Positions 1-11,089 are shown, counted from the first letter of the whole stretch. The stretch is DNA of 63,002 nucleotides, filler included, from Circinaria calcarea (GCA_051942165.1; 50 parts of 50 records of this genome joined end to end with filler, not necessarily neighbours in it), one strand, 5' to 3'. The notes: a model not told the origin generated them from the letters alone. Program-made: numbers and translations.

Positions 1-201
1 CTCGGCATCGGTGTCGGATATGTACGTATCAGCGAATATGACCTCGTACTATTGCGTTTTGTTAGCAAAACTGTAGAGAGTGATATGGTTGCGGGAGCAG
101 TGTACCTGAGGGAATGCCAGGAGATCGTCGTGAACACTAAATATATTCGGACTGCTGTATACTAGGCTCGCCGTCGCCAGTAGTACCGTACGCCTACTCA
201 T
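1..201 (-). CDS. YOS9: OS-9/Yos9 ER lectin, 5' fragment (exons 201-106 and 48-1)
   Basis: Manual splice gives MSRRTVLLATASLVYSSPNIFSVHDDLLAFPQ|YEVIFADTYISDTDAE: signal peptide plus the SVHDDLLAFPQ motif of fungal Yos9. GT..GCTAAC..AG intron at 105-49. Not in the ORF track. Confidence 0.75.
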
Positions 202-470
202 CTTGACTGTGCTACAAGTGATTTAGTAATGATATTATTTATATCTGGACAGCTTTCAAATAACTCAAACTAGTTTAACCGAGGTGAGGCCGAAGCTACA
301 GCCAATGAGGCACGTGATCTTAAATGATATGCTGAGGCTTGAAAGTGCAAGGGAAGACGATTTCTAACAATATGGCGGTCCTAGAAAAGGTGTATGACGA
401 TAGCACTGTTGTCAGACAGTCCGCAGCATATCTAGTATAGAATGTGATACATAACAGCTAGTCCCAGCAT

Positions 471-1176
471 TCAGTGGACCAAAAGTACCGGCTTGCCCTT
501 TTCCCATCCGTCCAAGCTTTCCTTGACGTTTATCCAATACCGTAGCTTCACAGCTTCCTCTTTCGCTGCCATCATATCGTCTGCCTTGAACGCATCCTCA
601 ATGACCTTGACACTAGCTTCGATTTTCGTATCGTTGGCCTCTTTCATTGGTGCTAAGTCTGCCTCCTCCTCGGCAGCCTCTATGTCCTCCCTCATTTCTA
701 GTACCTGCATGAGCAGTTCTGGATCCTCCACTCTGGCTGTCTCATCTTCTGCGACGTTTATCCCACGTAGCGATAGTAGATATTGTGCTCTCAACAAAGG
801 GTTTTGTAGAGTCTTATAGGCTTCATTGATGAGTGCAGACGTCCCCTCGGCGCGAGCCTTATTTTCCCCTTGATGACGATCCGGATGAGCCTGTGCTTGG
901 AGTTTCAAAAACTCCTTTCTGAGCTCGCGCGCATCAATTGTGAATGGGCCATCTGGTGGAGGTCCGGAAGTAAGGGTAGCCGGAAATAATTCATAATAAG
1001 TTGGAGGTCTCAGAGGTGCTTTTTCCCTTCTTGGCGTGGAAGTAGAATAGTATCTATTTCCGTAAAGCGAAGACGCCAGGCAATTCGCGTTCCGTGCTTG
1101 GCAAACTGACTGCAATGATATATATTCATGGAATGCAGTGAAGAAACGTTGACTGCGTCCGACAGTAGGAAAGCAT
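471..1176 (-). CDS. JAC1: Fe-S cluster co-chaperone HscB/Jac1 (5' end probably truncated by contig edge)
   Basis: J-domain with HPD, INEAYKTLQNPLLRAQYLL, DPELLMQVLEMRE, KLRYWINV. Confidence 0.93.
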
Positions 1177-1276
1177 NNNNNNNNNNNNNNNNNNNNNNNN
1201 NNNNNNNNNNNNNNNNNNNNTTAATTAATTAANNNNNNNNNNNNNNNNNNNNNNNNNNNNNNNNNNNNNNNNNNNN
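1177..1276. other. Artificial contig linker N44-TTAATTAATTAA-N44 (first of 49 identical linkers; last at 61755-61854)
   Basis: Identical 100-nt spacer every ~1.25 kb; the central 12-mer gives stops in all six frames. Confidence 0.99.
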
Positions 1277-1495
1277 CTGTACTGACGCAAAGTTTTGGCT
1301 TCGACGACTTCATCCTCTCGTAATTCATTGTCATCTTCTACCAGTGCAGGGGAGTTTGTCGTATGGTTCTTGGGTCGAAAGCTTGCGAACCTAGGCACTG
1401 ATTTCTTTGCGACCTGAAGAGTCGATTTAGTAGATAGCAAGATAGACGCAGCTTAGTCTAGAGGGTTACTGACTTACGTGAATATCGCCCTCCAT
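1277..1495 (-). CDS. 5' fragment of a gene divergent from UTP10, possibly NRDE-2/DUF1740-like
   Basis: MEGDIH|intron gtaagt..cttcag|VAKKSVPRFASFRPK; the VP(K/R)FASF(K/R)P start resembles fungal NRDE-2 homologues (from recall). Confidence 0.45.
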
Positions 1496-1599
1496 TGAAC
1501 TCGACATTGTCCGGATGTAAAGTCAACCAAAGGTACCGTATGCGATTGGGTGGTAGATTCTGGACTCGATCTCAATGGAGGGAAGTTTTGGCGAGGTCG

Positions 1600-1610
1600 T
1601 GAAAAATTTC
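1600..1610 (+). promoter_or_regulatory. RRPE-like motif TGAAAAATTTC upstream of UTP10
   Basis: Matches the rRNA-processing element, ~150 bp upstream of a ribosome biogenesis gene. Confidence 0.35.
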
Positions 1611-1755
1611 CTTTCTTGAATCAACTTCCAAAACATTTTTACTCACAATGCAGCATCACAGAACACTAACGACAAATCGCGCCCCTTCATGGTTTGATAT
1701 AAAAAGCAGCGGGCTTTCAGGCTGATTCTATTGACCAGACGTAAACCAGACAGTC

Positions 1756-2452
1756 ATGGCTACGGCTCTGGCAGCGCAGTTGGCACGCATAGCGGCCAGC
1801 AGCACCAATTCCCTCGATCTCAAGGCGCAAAAGAAGGCCCATTCGCAGTCCCTACTCTTTGACAAACGTGTCGCGGCCTCGCAAGATTTCGATACCATCT
1901 ATCAAATATGCATCGAAGGATACCAGGAGCTCTGTCAAATAGACTCAAGATTCTCGACTTTTGCCAGGGGGCTCTTCAGCGAGCAGAGTAAGAGAGAGGA
2001 GAGAACCCAGATGACGGCCGCGCAGAACAAAGAGCTTGACGGCGTAGTCGAGAGCTTTCTTGGTCTTGTAGGCGGCAGGTTGTTGCTGAAGCCAGCGGTG
2101 AAAGCGGTGGAATGGCTTGTGAGACGCTTCAGGTCAGTAACATCTGGGAATCCTGCGGGAGGGATTGCATTCGTCAGCTGGCCATGGCAACAGCTAATAT
2201 AACCAGGATACATGAGCATAATACCACGTATCTGGTATTGACCTTCCTTCCCTATCACACGATGCCCATCTTTCCTACGCTACTGGCCATAATACATGGC
2301 AGCCTACCTCCCGCTCTCAAGTTCCTCCATCCATATATCGAATCCCTCGCATGTCCCTCGAGACATACGATTGTTTATACGGCAACTAACAATCAGGCCT
2401 TCTTCTCCGATTTGAAGAACTACGTCCTAAAGGTCAGCCGTGCAGGTCATCA
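1756..2452 (+). CDS. UTP10: U3 snoRNP HEAT-repeat protein Utp10, 5' fragment (intron 2133-2206)
   Basis: MATALAAQLARIAA..HSQSLLFD..LLLKPAVKAVEWLVRRFR|IHEHN..LTFLPYHT. Confidence 0.93.
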
Positions 2453-2625
2453 NNNNNNNNNNNNNNNNNNNNNNNNNNNNNNNNNNNNNNNNNNNNTTAA
2501 TTAATTAANNNNNNNNNNNNNNNNNNNNNNNNNNNNNNNNNNNNNNNNNNNNGCCTGGTCGGTGGATATATGAGGGGGAAGCGAATCTGCAGTCCCTAGG
2601 TCGCAAGACTTTCGGGCCGTTCAGC

Positions 2626-3727
2626 GCCAGTTCAGTTCAGTTCAGTTCAGTGTTCATTCTCGGATCTAATCACCCTTTCGGGCCTATGCCGGATGCCTAG
2701 AAACTAGGCATTTGCGTCACTAGCAGAAGCCCATTCCTGCGCTTGATACGCCTACAGTCACCCGTAATCCAATTCTGAACGAGCCCCGAACGCCCCTTTC
2801 CATGCCCGCAGGCAAGCCCTTTTCCTTCTCCGAGTCCCTCTGTTCCTTCCTGAGACAGGTGGTCTTTCTTGATCACCTGCCTTATAAAACTTTCCCCGTT
2901 TGCGAACAAGATTTGCAGAGTAGCATTGTTTCGCCAATTCGTACCCTGATCCTGGTTGGTGGATATATAGGGTGGAGAGCTTTCTTGCTCCGGGCGTCCC
3001 TATCCTGCACGATCCTGCGTGCCCCTCCTGCATGGTCCTCTGCATGCCTGATCATACCCCGTACGGCTTGCTGTACGGGGTGAGATTGTGTCTTGATCGG
3101 CCTGTTGTTTGACCGATTGATTGTTTCCTCTCCGTCATCTCAGTCCTCCAAATCCTCTCTCTGTGGGCTCGTTCTCTCTGGGGGCTCGTTCGCTTACGCT
3201 ATCCTCTCGCGCTGTCCTTCGGTTGCTCTCCCTCCTGGGTGACTGTCGGCTGGGGCGGGTTCTTCGGTACCAGGGTCATAGACCTGTGGCCCATAGTTGG
3301 TGTCCGGTGCCTATGTCTAGGCACCAAGTTGAGCGGCAAGAACTGTTCAAAGCTGCTCCGCACGGGTAGCCTGGTTCTCCTTACCCGGGTTATCCAGATC
3401 CACTCGGTTGAACTGCTGTAGCACTCCCGAGCGGATCAGGAATGCCGAAGTAAAGGGTGTCCATTCAGGGTCAGTCATCAGCTTTTGAACGTCCTCCGTC
3501 CGTTTACCGTTGCTGTACAGGATACTCTCACGAAGCTCGTTGAGATCTGGGCACACGGTTAGCACATGGGCTGTGGTCTGACGACCCAGCCCGCAAGAAC
3601 AATAGGGACTCTCCAAGTGGCCTCTGGTGTAGAGCCAGTCCTTGGTTGCGATCCTACCTGTTAGTGCTTGGTTCAGCGCTGATCCTTGAGCTTTCGTCTT
3701 CAGGGGCTTGAGCCGGTTGAGGTTGGC
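2626..3727 (-). mobile_element. Tad1-like LINE 3' end: ORF2 C-terminal CCHC knuckle (3727-3347), ~700-nt 3' UTR and (CTGAA)n tail
   Basis: KAQGSALNQALTGRI..YCSCGLGRQTTAHVLTVCP; minus strand ends GAATGAACAC-TGAAC-TGAAC-TGAAC-TGAAC. Confidence 0.8.
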
Positions 3728-3827
3728 NNNNNNNNNNNNNNNNNNNNNNNNNNNNNNNNNNNNNNNNNNNNTTAATTAATTAANNNNNNNNNNNNNNNNN
3801 NNNNNNNNNNNNNNNNNNNNNNNNNNN

Positions 3828-4387
3828 TCGCAAATCCTCACCGCTCTCCTTTCGGCCTCCAAGCCCGGCCCGACCCTTGACGCTTCTATCCGCTCCATCA
3901 TCCACATCCACTGCCCGTCCACCGCCTCCTGGGACACCTGGTATGCATCCGTCGCGAAGGCACTCTTCCACCGTCTCGAAGCTCTCCTCCGAGAAGGCGC
4001 TACTCGCCTTAGTGGCGCCATGGCCACCGCCTTCCAGAAAGCCAGCGATGCCGCTGATGCTACTGGGGAGTTTGCGAAAGAGCATCCGCTATGGACCGCT
4101 GCCGTGGTGGCGATTGTGGTGCTGGGGATTTTGGTGTTGTTGTCCCCGTATCTGCTAGAGGCGTTGGGGTTTGCGGAGTTAGGGCCGACGGAAGGTGAGT
4201 AACTTCTGCTGTGTTTCTGGATGAGTTGGAAAGTTTTGGGAAGCTGATTGGAGCGGGGTATTTAGGATCTTTTGCTGCCGGGTGGCAGGCTCGGTATCTA
4301 GGGGCTGTGCCCAAGGGGTCGCTGTTTTCATACTTTCAGCGCTTGGGGATGAAATGGAAGAAGGTTGTGGCTGTGCAGGGGAATTAA
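3828..4387 (+). CDS. Small membrane protein with IFI6/IFI27-like Gly/Ala-rich motif, 3' part (intron 4195-4265)
   Basis: TM helix then EALGFAELGPTEG|SFAAGWQARYLGAVPKGSLFSYFQRLGMKW. Confidence 0.6.
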
Positions 4388-5100
4388 ACCCTCTCCTTTC
4401 AAAGTCCCCATACCAGCTTTGTATGATCGGATTTAGCATGAAATAGTCAGACAAAGATATTTACAATTTCAATAAGCGTTGGATATTTTCAAAGCCACTC
4501 ACTCAATAGCAAATATCCATCCCCCCTTTCCCAAAAAAGCCAAATCACCTTAAATCTTCTACACCCTTTCCTAGAACCCCTATCTAAACCATTAAATTAC
4601 CCTATCCAGGATGAAATCTCACATCCATCATCGCCTCACCTCCACTCCTATCTACTATTCTATCACGATAGTCGTGTAGGCCGGCTCAACGAATCCGTTT
4701 TTCTAAACACCCAAGGTAATGATCGGCTCTATTACCCCCGGTCTTCGAGGGATTCAGATAGGGCGAGGACGAGGACGAGGGTCTTGGAAAATGCGTACAT
4801 AACTTAATTAGGGGAATCTGGGATATGCAGCTAACATGAAAAGTGGGGGAACGATAAGTATTTACCTCCTGGCCACGGAAGGGGGTCTACCTAGGTAGTT
4901 ATTGCAGTAGACCAAGGCTGTCCGCGTAATCGTGAGGGCGAGGAGCTATACCAATGCTTGTCGGGTATGGAGTGCGCAGGAACAGATTCGTGAGTGAATT
5001 NNNNNNNNNNNNNNNNNNNNNNNNNNNNNNNNNNNNNNNNNNNNTTAATTAATTAANNNNNNNNNNNNNNNNNNNNNNNNNNNNNNNNNNNNNNNNNNNN

Positions 5101-6273
5101 TCGCCCTTGATCTCACCCGCCTTCTTGACCTGCTTCGGTACATGCCGGTGCCGTTTGATTCTTCGGATCTCGGGCATATGCTGGTACCTTTCTTTCAGCG
5201 CCTCATCATATTCCAACTTTTGACGCTGCCGGGCAGATTTGATACCCTCGCGTTTAGATGCGTTCGCCCGCCAGAGTCGGATATTGCCATCATCAGATCC
5301 GGAGAGAATATAGTTAGAGTCCGGAGTGAAGCGCGCTGAGAAACATCGCTGCATTCTTTTCGTGTGGTATATATCACGAGAATGCCCTCCGGCGCGGTTC
5401 CATAACCGGATAGTCTTATCATACGAAGCGCTAACAAGCTCTTCGCCAGTGGGACTGAACTCGACGTCCATCACGGCAGCCACATGATCCTTGAGAACGT
5501 TTAGACTCCGGTCAAGTTTCCTCATGTCGAAGATGTAGATGTTGTGATCCTCGTTGGCAACTGCAAAGTTGAAAGCTTCCATTGGATTCCACGCAATAGC
5601 ATTTGATGCTAGGGCCAAGGTGACCTTTGACAGTGGTGATGAGGTACGAAGGTCGTACAAGATAATTGAACGATCTGTAGCGGTTGAGGCAAGGATGGAG
5701 GCCTCTATCTGATTGAAGGCTAGCGTATTGATGGTATCTGTGGAAGTTGGCCAGTGTAAAGTCTGCAGTGGGGTTACCGTTGCTCTTGATATATCGTAGA
5801 TGGAGATGACATTGGAGGAGGCCGCGAAGTTGGGAAGCGACCGATGGTGCGACACTCCCGTAAATGCTGTCTGGCCCAAGTATATTGCCAATGGTGTGGT
5901 TCCTGGTGCGCTCTTATAAGGGTCGAATAGCTTGATCGACTTATCACTCGCGCACGAGAGGAGTTTTTGGTCTTTGGTCCAGCACATGCCCTTTACAATG
6001 TTCTCATGTGCTTGTGCGTTCCAAATTTCTTCTCTACTGGTCAAATCCCAGACTTTGATCACTCCATCGCCGCTTCCCGATGCAAATCGTTGAAGAGACC
6101 CGGGGTCCTTCGCCATGGAATAGACTCCATCCACATGGCCATTTCCTAGCTGTGCTATGAAGGGGGCTGCGAACATGCGCTCCAACTTGGTGGCGTTGAG
6201 AGCGCGAGTGTACTCTCTAGCTCGTTCGAAGGGGTGGAGGGCAGGATCCAGATTGCGTGGCTGTCGAGCCACA
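5101..6273 (-). CDS. SOF1: WD40 rRNA-processing protein Sof1/DCAF13, internal fragment
   Basis: DPALHPFERAREYTRALNATKLERMFA, WD repeats, HSRDIYHTKRMQR, Sof1 domain RRIKRHRHVPK. Confidence 0.96.
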
Positions 6274-6866
6274 NNNNNNNNNNNNNNNNNNNNNNNNNNN
6301 NNNNNNNNNNNNNNNNNTTAATTAATTAANNNNNNNNNNNNNNNNNNNNNNNNNNNNNNNNNNNNNNNNNNNNGCATAGTGGTGTCTGGTATCTTATGGG
6401 AGGGGGGAGAGGGGAAATGAAAAGGGGGAAATGCAAAGGCAAAGGAAAGGAAAACCATTTAGGGCTGGAGACATGGGCAATAACCAAGCGAGCGGTAGCG
6501 CCCCTCCTGCCATGTAATCTTCCCTCTGAAGAGTGAGAGCGTGCCTAAGTTTGCAACCCGGGATGTTACAGGGAGGTTGATCCGTACGCATATAATACAC
6601 GCTTTCTACAAAACAAGATAGTAGAGCGGGATTTGTCTTGAGGTGCAGACTTTTCCCTTGAGCTTCACTTTTCTCTTTTCGCTCGTATAGCTAGCTACAT
6701 TTCGGTTCTCTGTTCCATAACACACCCACGTCCGGAATATCAAAATTCTGCTCTTTCCATCGAACCTTGCTTGCCCTGTTCTGCTCCTGTTTCCTGTGGA
6801 TGGTTACATCAGACGAGAAGTGTAACTGGTTCAAACGCCCCCGGCTGCGTTCTCGACTTAGACCCT

Positions 6867-7546
6867 TTATGAGCTCTTTTGCATGGATTGGCGAGAGTGT
6901 TTGTGGAATTCCTTTGAATCATACATGGGACTTGGCCAACTCTGTTTTCTCTTGGGGACCTTGATGGCTTTTCTAGGCTTGTCTAATGGATCCTGCTTCT
7001 CCGAACCCTGACGCTGCTCTACTTCCATATGCTGGTCTAGAACTTCCTCCGTAGTGCGGACCAAAACCTCAAAGGTGTGCCGGATATATTGTTCCTCTGC
7101 CTTGGGAATGGAACAACGAACCCGGATGGCGTATATACCGTTCAGAATCACGCCGAGAAGAAAAATCTCCCCTCGGCTTTTGATAGTATCAACGACCTCT
7201 TTTGTGATGGTGTTAGCCGCTGCAGAAGCCGCAGAAGATAGATTATTTGTTTGTTGGGATCGAGGGACCACGGAAAGTACGACTAGTGCAAAAGCAGGTT
7301 CCGTAACAACATGGAAGAGATCTTTTCTTGAAAGGACCAGCGAATGGAAAAGCTCGCCGAGCTGGATGTGGCTCCTGATATGAGATTTCATCCCATCAAT
7401 ACCATAGGTCCGCATGACGAACCAGATCTTTAGTGCTCGGAATCTCCGAGATAATCCGATTCCCCAGTCACGATAATCGGTAACTTGGCCGGAGTCGGAA
7501 TATTTGTTCTGAAGGTAGGATGCATTGCTGGACAAGGGGTTGGTCA
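6867..7546 (-). CDS. PLP-dependent aromatic L-amino-acid decarboxylase family, C-terminal fragment
   Basis: YLQNKYSDSGQVTDYRDW..RRFRALKIWFVMRTYG. Confidence 0.85.
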
Positions 7547-7646
7547 NNNNNNNNNNNNNNNNNNNNNNNNNNNNNNNNNNNNNNNNNNNNTTAATTAATT
7601 AANNNNNNNNNNNNNNNNNNNNNNNNNNNNNNNNNNNNNNNNNNNN

Positions 7647-7905
7647 TGCTCGGAAGCACGGCACCGATAGGCTAAGCCTAATACTGTAAAGCGCGGAGGG
7701 CAAGCTAGCAGAAACCGTGTCTTCGTATTGGCCATACTAGGTCTACTAGTATAACATAGCTCCGTTGTGGATGTACAACGGAGCTATGTAAACCAGGCCA
7801 AGGGGGTGCCTTGCAGACGAGGTATCGATTGGCTGGGAGCAGTGTTATTCCGGGCCTACCCAACAACCTCCGAGCATAACAAAAATTTGCGAAAAGCCCC
7901 AACTG
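7647..7905 (-). repeat. Palindromic ~300-bp dispersed element, copy A (cut by contig start)
   Basis: Perfect 15-bp stem ACATAGCTCCGTTGT-ggatgt-ACAACGGAGCTATGT at 7754-7789; its reverse complement aligns with 10563-10888, 34790-35085 and 48762-49065. Confidence 0.8.
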
Positions 7906-8919
7906 TTGTGACGATTGTGAGTTCTACAAGTCATTTCCCACAATTGTTATTCCCTGAAGGCTCCAAGGATCCTGACAGGGATCAACCCTTTTGCCCTCAA
8001 GCAAGTAAACTGCTCATCCTTCTAATGGCCACGCCTCGCAGAACAAGCAGTCAAACAAACGCCTCCCGCAGTTACCGCTGCATAAAAAGCTGATTTCATC
8101 ACGGGAGGCTGCCGAGGGAAGCATCATCTGGAGTGGAAACAGACCCAGTTCCAGGCTTTTGAACCTCTTTCGTCCATTCTAGACCTCTTTTGTCCAGGAC
8201 CTCCCTAGTATCTTCCCCTGACCTTTGACGTGTCTAGACCTGTTGTGAAATATGCACAGAGTCGACTGCCGGACACCATTTCAGGAGAAGAAAAAGTAAA
8301 AGATATGCAAGGCGTATTGTATTGGCTATCCCCAGCTCAGGGCATTGACGGCTCCCCTACCGCCAAGGCTCCTTGTCCCTAGATGTGTCACAATCTTCCA
8401 TCAGGGTTCTTCCCTGCCTGCAGCCTGAGCAGTGAGCAAGGTAGTCTCTCGACCTGACATCACATTGCGTGTACCCGACGGATAAAACATTTCTTTTTGC
8501 GCAAAAAAAACGTCAAAGGGGCCAAGGGATGTATGCTATCCGTTGCCCAGCTTGTAATGCTGGCGTCCACGGTCATCCCTGCCTTGCGGCCTACACAATC
8601 GTGAGAAAATTCTTGGTCTGCTGCCTTTGCCGCAGAAAGCTGCGTTACGAAAGGAGTTGGTATTAATCGAGTAGCAGTAGCCCAGACGCGTTCCCCCATA
8701 CAAATTTCTACCATAAGCTTCTGTTAAATTATACGTCCAAAGGGCATTAATGCATTTCACGGATAGTAGAACTCGGTACAACATCAATACGAGACTGTTA
8801 TCATCTAATTACATTGTGANNNNNNNNNNNNNNNNNNNNNNNNNNNNNNNNNNNNNNNNNNNNTTAATTAATTAANNNNNNNNNNNNNNNNNNNNNNNNN
8901 NNNNNNNNNNNNNNNNNNN

Positions 8920-9519
8920 GTAGAGAAAAGCTGCAATCACAAGATCTTGCGGCGAAGCGGTGAAAATAGCCTCATCGACGTGGGGCGACCTGCCCGCCGC
9001 ATGCTGCGACGCGTTGCTGCTTGTGGCACTTCGTGCGGGTTCCGTGTCAACTTTAGGCGCTATAGTGCGCGTGCGTGCTTCGATCCTATCGGCCAAGACC
9101 GTCGACACGCCCGGGAGCATCGATCGCGTTCCCTGATCGCCGCCTTGGATGATGGTGACCTTTGCGAGTCCCCACAGGCGGCTGTACCAAGGGCGGTCGA
9201 CCTCTACGGCCCCGACGCTGGTCCATGCGACGAATCTGGTTGTGCGGCGCACAATGCCTGACCTCAGCCAGATGCCCTCTTGTCCGACGTGATAACGACC
9301 AGTTACCCACTGAGTCGAAGGTACGGCTAACCCTGCGATGACAATGACGGCAAGGGGCGCCCACAGCCATCCAAGGGGTGCCGCGCCGCTCGTGCGCAAG
9401 GAAAGGACGGCCACTGTGGCCAAGGGCAGCAGGGCGGGTAGGCTTCCCGTGATCTCCGAAAGAAGGTGTCGAAATGACAGACTTTCTAGTGGGGGAGACG
9501 CCTCAATCGTCAGAGTCAT
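8920..9519 (-). CDS. Bacterial YdbT-like membrane-flanked PH (bPH_2) domain protein, 5' fragment
   Basis: GGAG RBS before ATG 9519, start overlaps the upstream gene end; two TMs then RYHVGQEGIWLRSGIVRRTTRFVAW..RLWGLAKVTI; intronless. Confidence 0.8.
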
Positions 9520-10021
9520 TGTCTCCCCTGCTGGCGTGACGGGCTGCGGCTCGAACTTCACGAACAGCCTCGTGTGAGAGTGGGCCTAAGCGCTCAACCA
9601 TCGTTATGCAGCGAAGTCTCACGTTCGCGAAGCCGCGGCGCGATAAGAGTGGACCTTCCACAGTGTCTACACTGAGGACCTGATCGATAGGAACGATGAC
9701 CGTTGTACGTAGGACCGCTCCCTTTGTAATGTAGATGAATTCTGAAGTAGTCGTGTATGACGTACGTTGGACAATCAGTCGATTTATGATGAGCAGATCG
9801 ACCACAACCAACAGGGCGTACAAAGCCGTAAGGCCCACCACGAGTGGGATCCTCCACGAGTCCGGGGCGATGAGGCACGCCACCCCAACGGCTGCAGCGA
9901 ATGCGGTTGACATCTCAATCATCGATCGCGCGTTCAAGTAACCGAGAGCGCCCGACGGAAGACGTTGTTTCCCCACATCACCCAGGGCGGGTGTTGGGTC
10001 GGAGACTAGGCGCATCTGCAC
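9503..10021 (-). CDS. Bacterial YdbS-like membrane-flanked PH (bPH_2) domain protein
   Basis: Two TMs then YTTTSEFIYITKGAVLRTTVIVPIDQVLSVDTVEGPLLSRRGFANV; operon-like overlap with the next gene. Confidence 0.82.
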   Translation of the reverse strand: MQMRLVSDPTPALGDVGKQRLPSGALGYLNARSMIEMSTAFAAAVGVACLIAPDSWRIPLVVGLTALYALLVVVDLLIINRLIVQRTSYTTTSEFIYITKGAVLRTTVIVPIDQVLSVDTVEGPLLSRRGFANVRLRCITMVERLGPLSHEAVREVRAAARHASRGDNDSDD

Positions 10022-10562
10022 TGCTTCCCTGCTGTCGTCGGGCTGCCTCGGTCGGCAGTGTACCCGGGACCACGAGCGATGGTTCTCTCGTNNNNNNNNN
10101 NNNNNNNNNNNNNNNNNNNNNNNNNNNNNNNNNNNTTAATTAATTAANNNNNNNNNNNNNNNNNNNNNNNNNNNNNNNNNNNNNNNNNNNNCGAAAGGAG
10201 GGGGCGAAATCAGGGGGGCGAAAGAAAAGGGGGGAGAAAGGGAAGCTTCTGGTTTTATATATATATAGTATCCTCAAGACTACGGCAACACGTGCGGGCG
10301 AATTAACTAAAGCGTCGTCGTCGCCTTTGCTCCCGCGCTTAGCGACTCGTCCCCGGTCGTTCCTCTCGCGCCTCTGCTCCCTCGTACTCTCTCTATTTGC
10401 TCTCGACGGGGGACTGCTGCTGAATATTGTCTTTTGCAACCCACAAACCCCCGCGGGAGAGATGGGGCTTTAGGGGTTTCGGCAAGGGGTTTTGGTAAGG
10501 TAGGCCGACATCTTCTTAGTCCTCGTGAAGGGATATTGAGGGAAGTTCTAGCGAGGAACAGT

Positions 10563-10888
10563 TTAAGGAGGGTTTGGCAGGAATTTTGTTAGTTATCAGA
10601 GGATGCTATGTAGACGCGGAATAACTGTGAACCCAGCCGATATATAATCCTGTACGGAAGGGAAACCACCCCCTCCCCCCCAGCTTAGCTTTGCATAGCT
10701 CCATTTGTGCATATACAACGGAGCTATATTATATTAATGGACTATTTCTGACCAATTCCGGGGCGTAGATTCGGTGCCAACATGGTAGGCCTGCCCACCT
10801 GGTCCTTACGATATTAGGCTCAAAGTAGCGGTGCTGGGCTCCCATACATAACAAACTTCTTACAAATTTTAGCTAAATGCCCCGACTG
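10563..10888 (+). repeat. Palindromic ~300-bp dispersed element, copy B
   Basis: CATAGCTCCATTTG-tgcatata-CAACGGAGCTAT; both arms similar to the other copies; ends CCCCGACTG followed by TA. Confidence 0.75.
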
Positions 10889-11089
10889 TAAAGTCGACTG
10901 GCTTTCTGAGGGATCGAGAAAGCTTGCATCATGCCGTTGTTTCCGATACTTAATACCTAGTACCAGGTGCAGGGTCGTATGTATCCAATCAAGAAACATA
11001 TCATCTTACGGCAGCCTAACCACCACCAAGGTAACTTGTTAGATCTAAACTGTAGCTGTACAATCAGCTTTGAGTACTGAACTAAACGC

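Noticed and set aside
493..819. Antisense ORFs over real genes (also 7054-7383, 11750-12322, 19130-19690, 21574-22188)
   Set aside because: Shadow frames of well-supported genes on the opposite strand.
2590..2690. Possible hammerhead ribozyme (CTGA..GAAA) near the LINE tail
   Set aside because: No CUGANGA core or supporting stems found.
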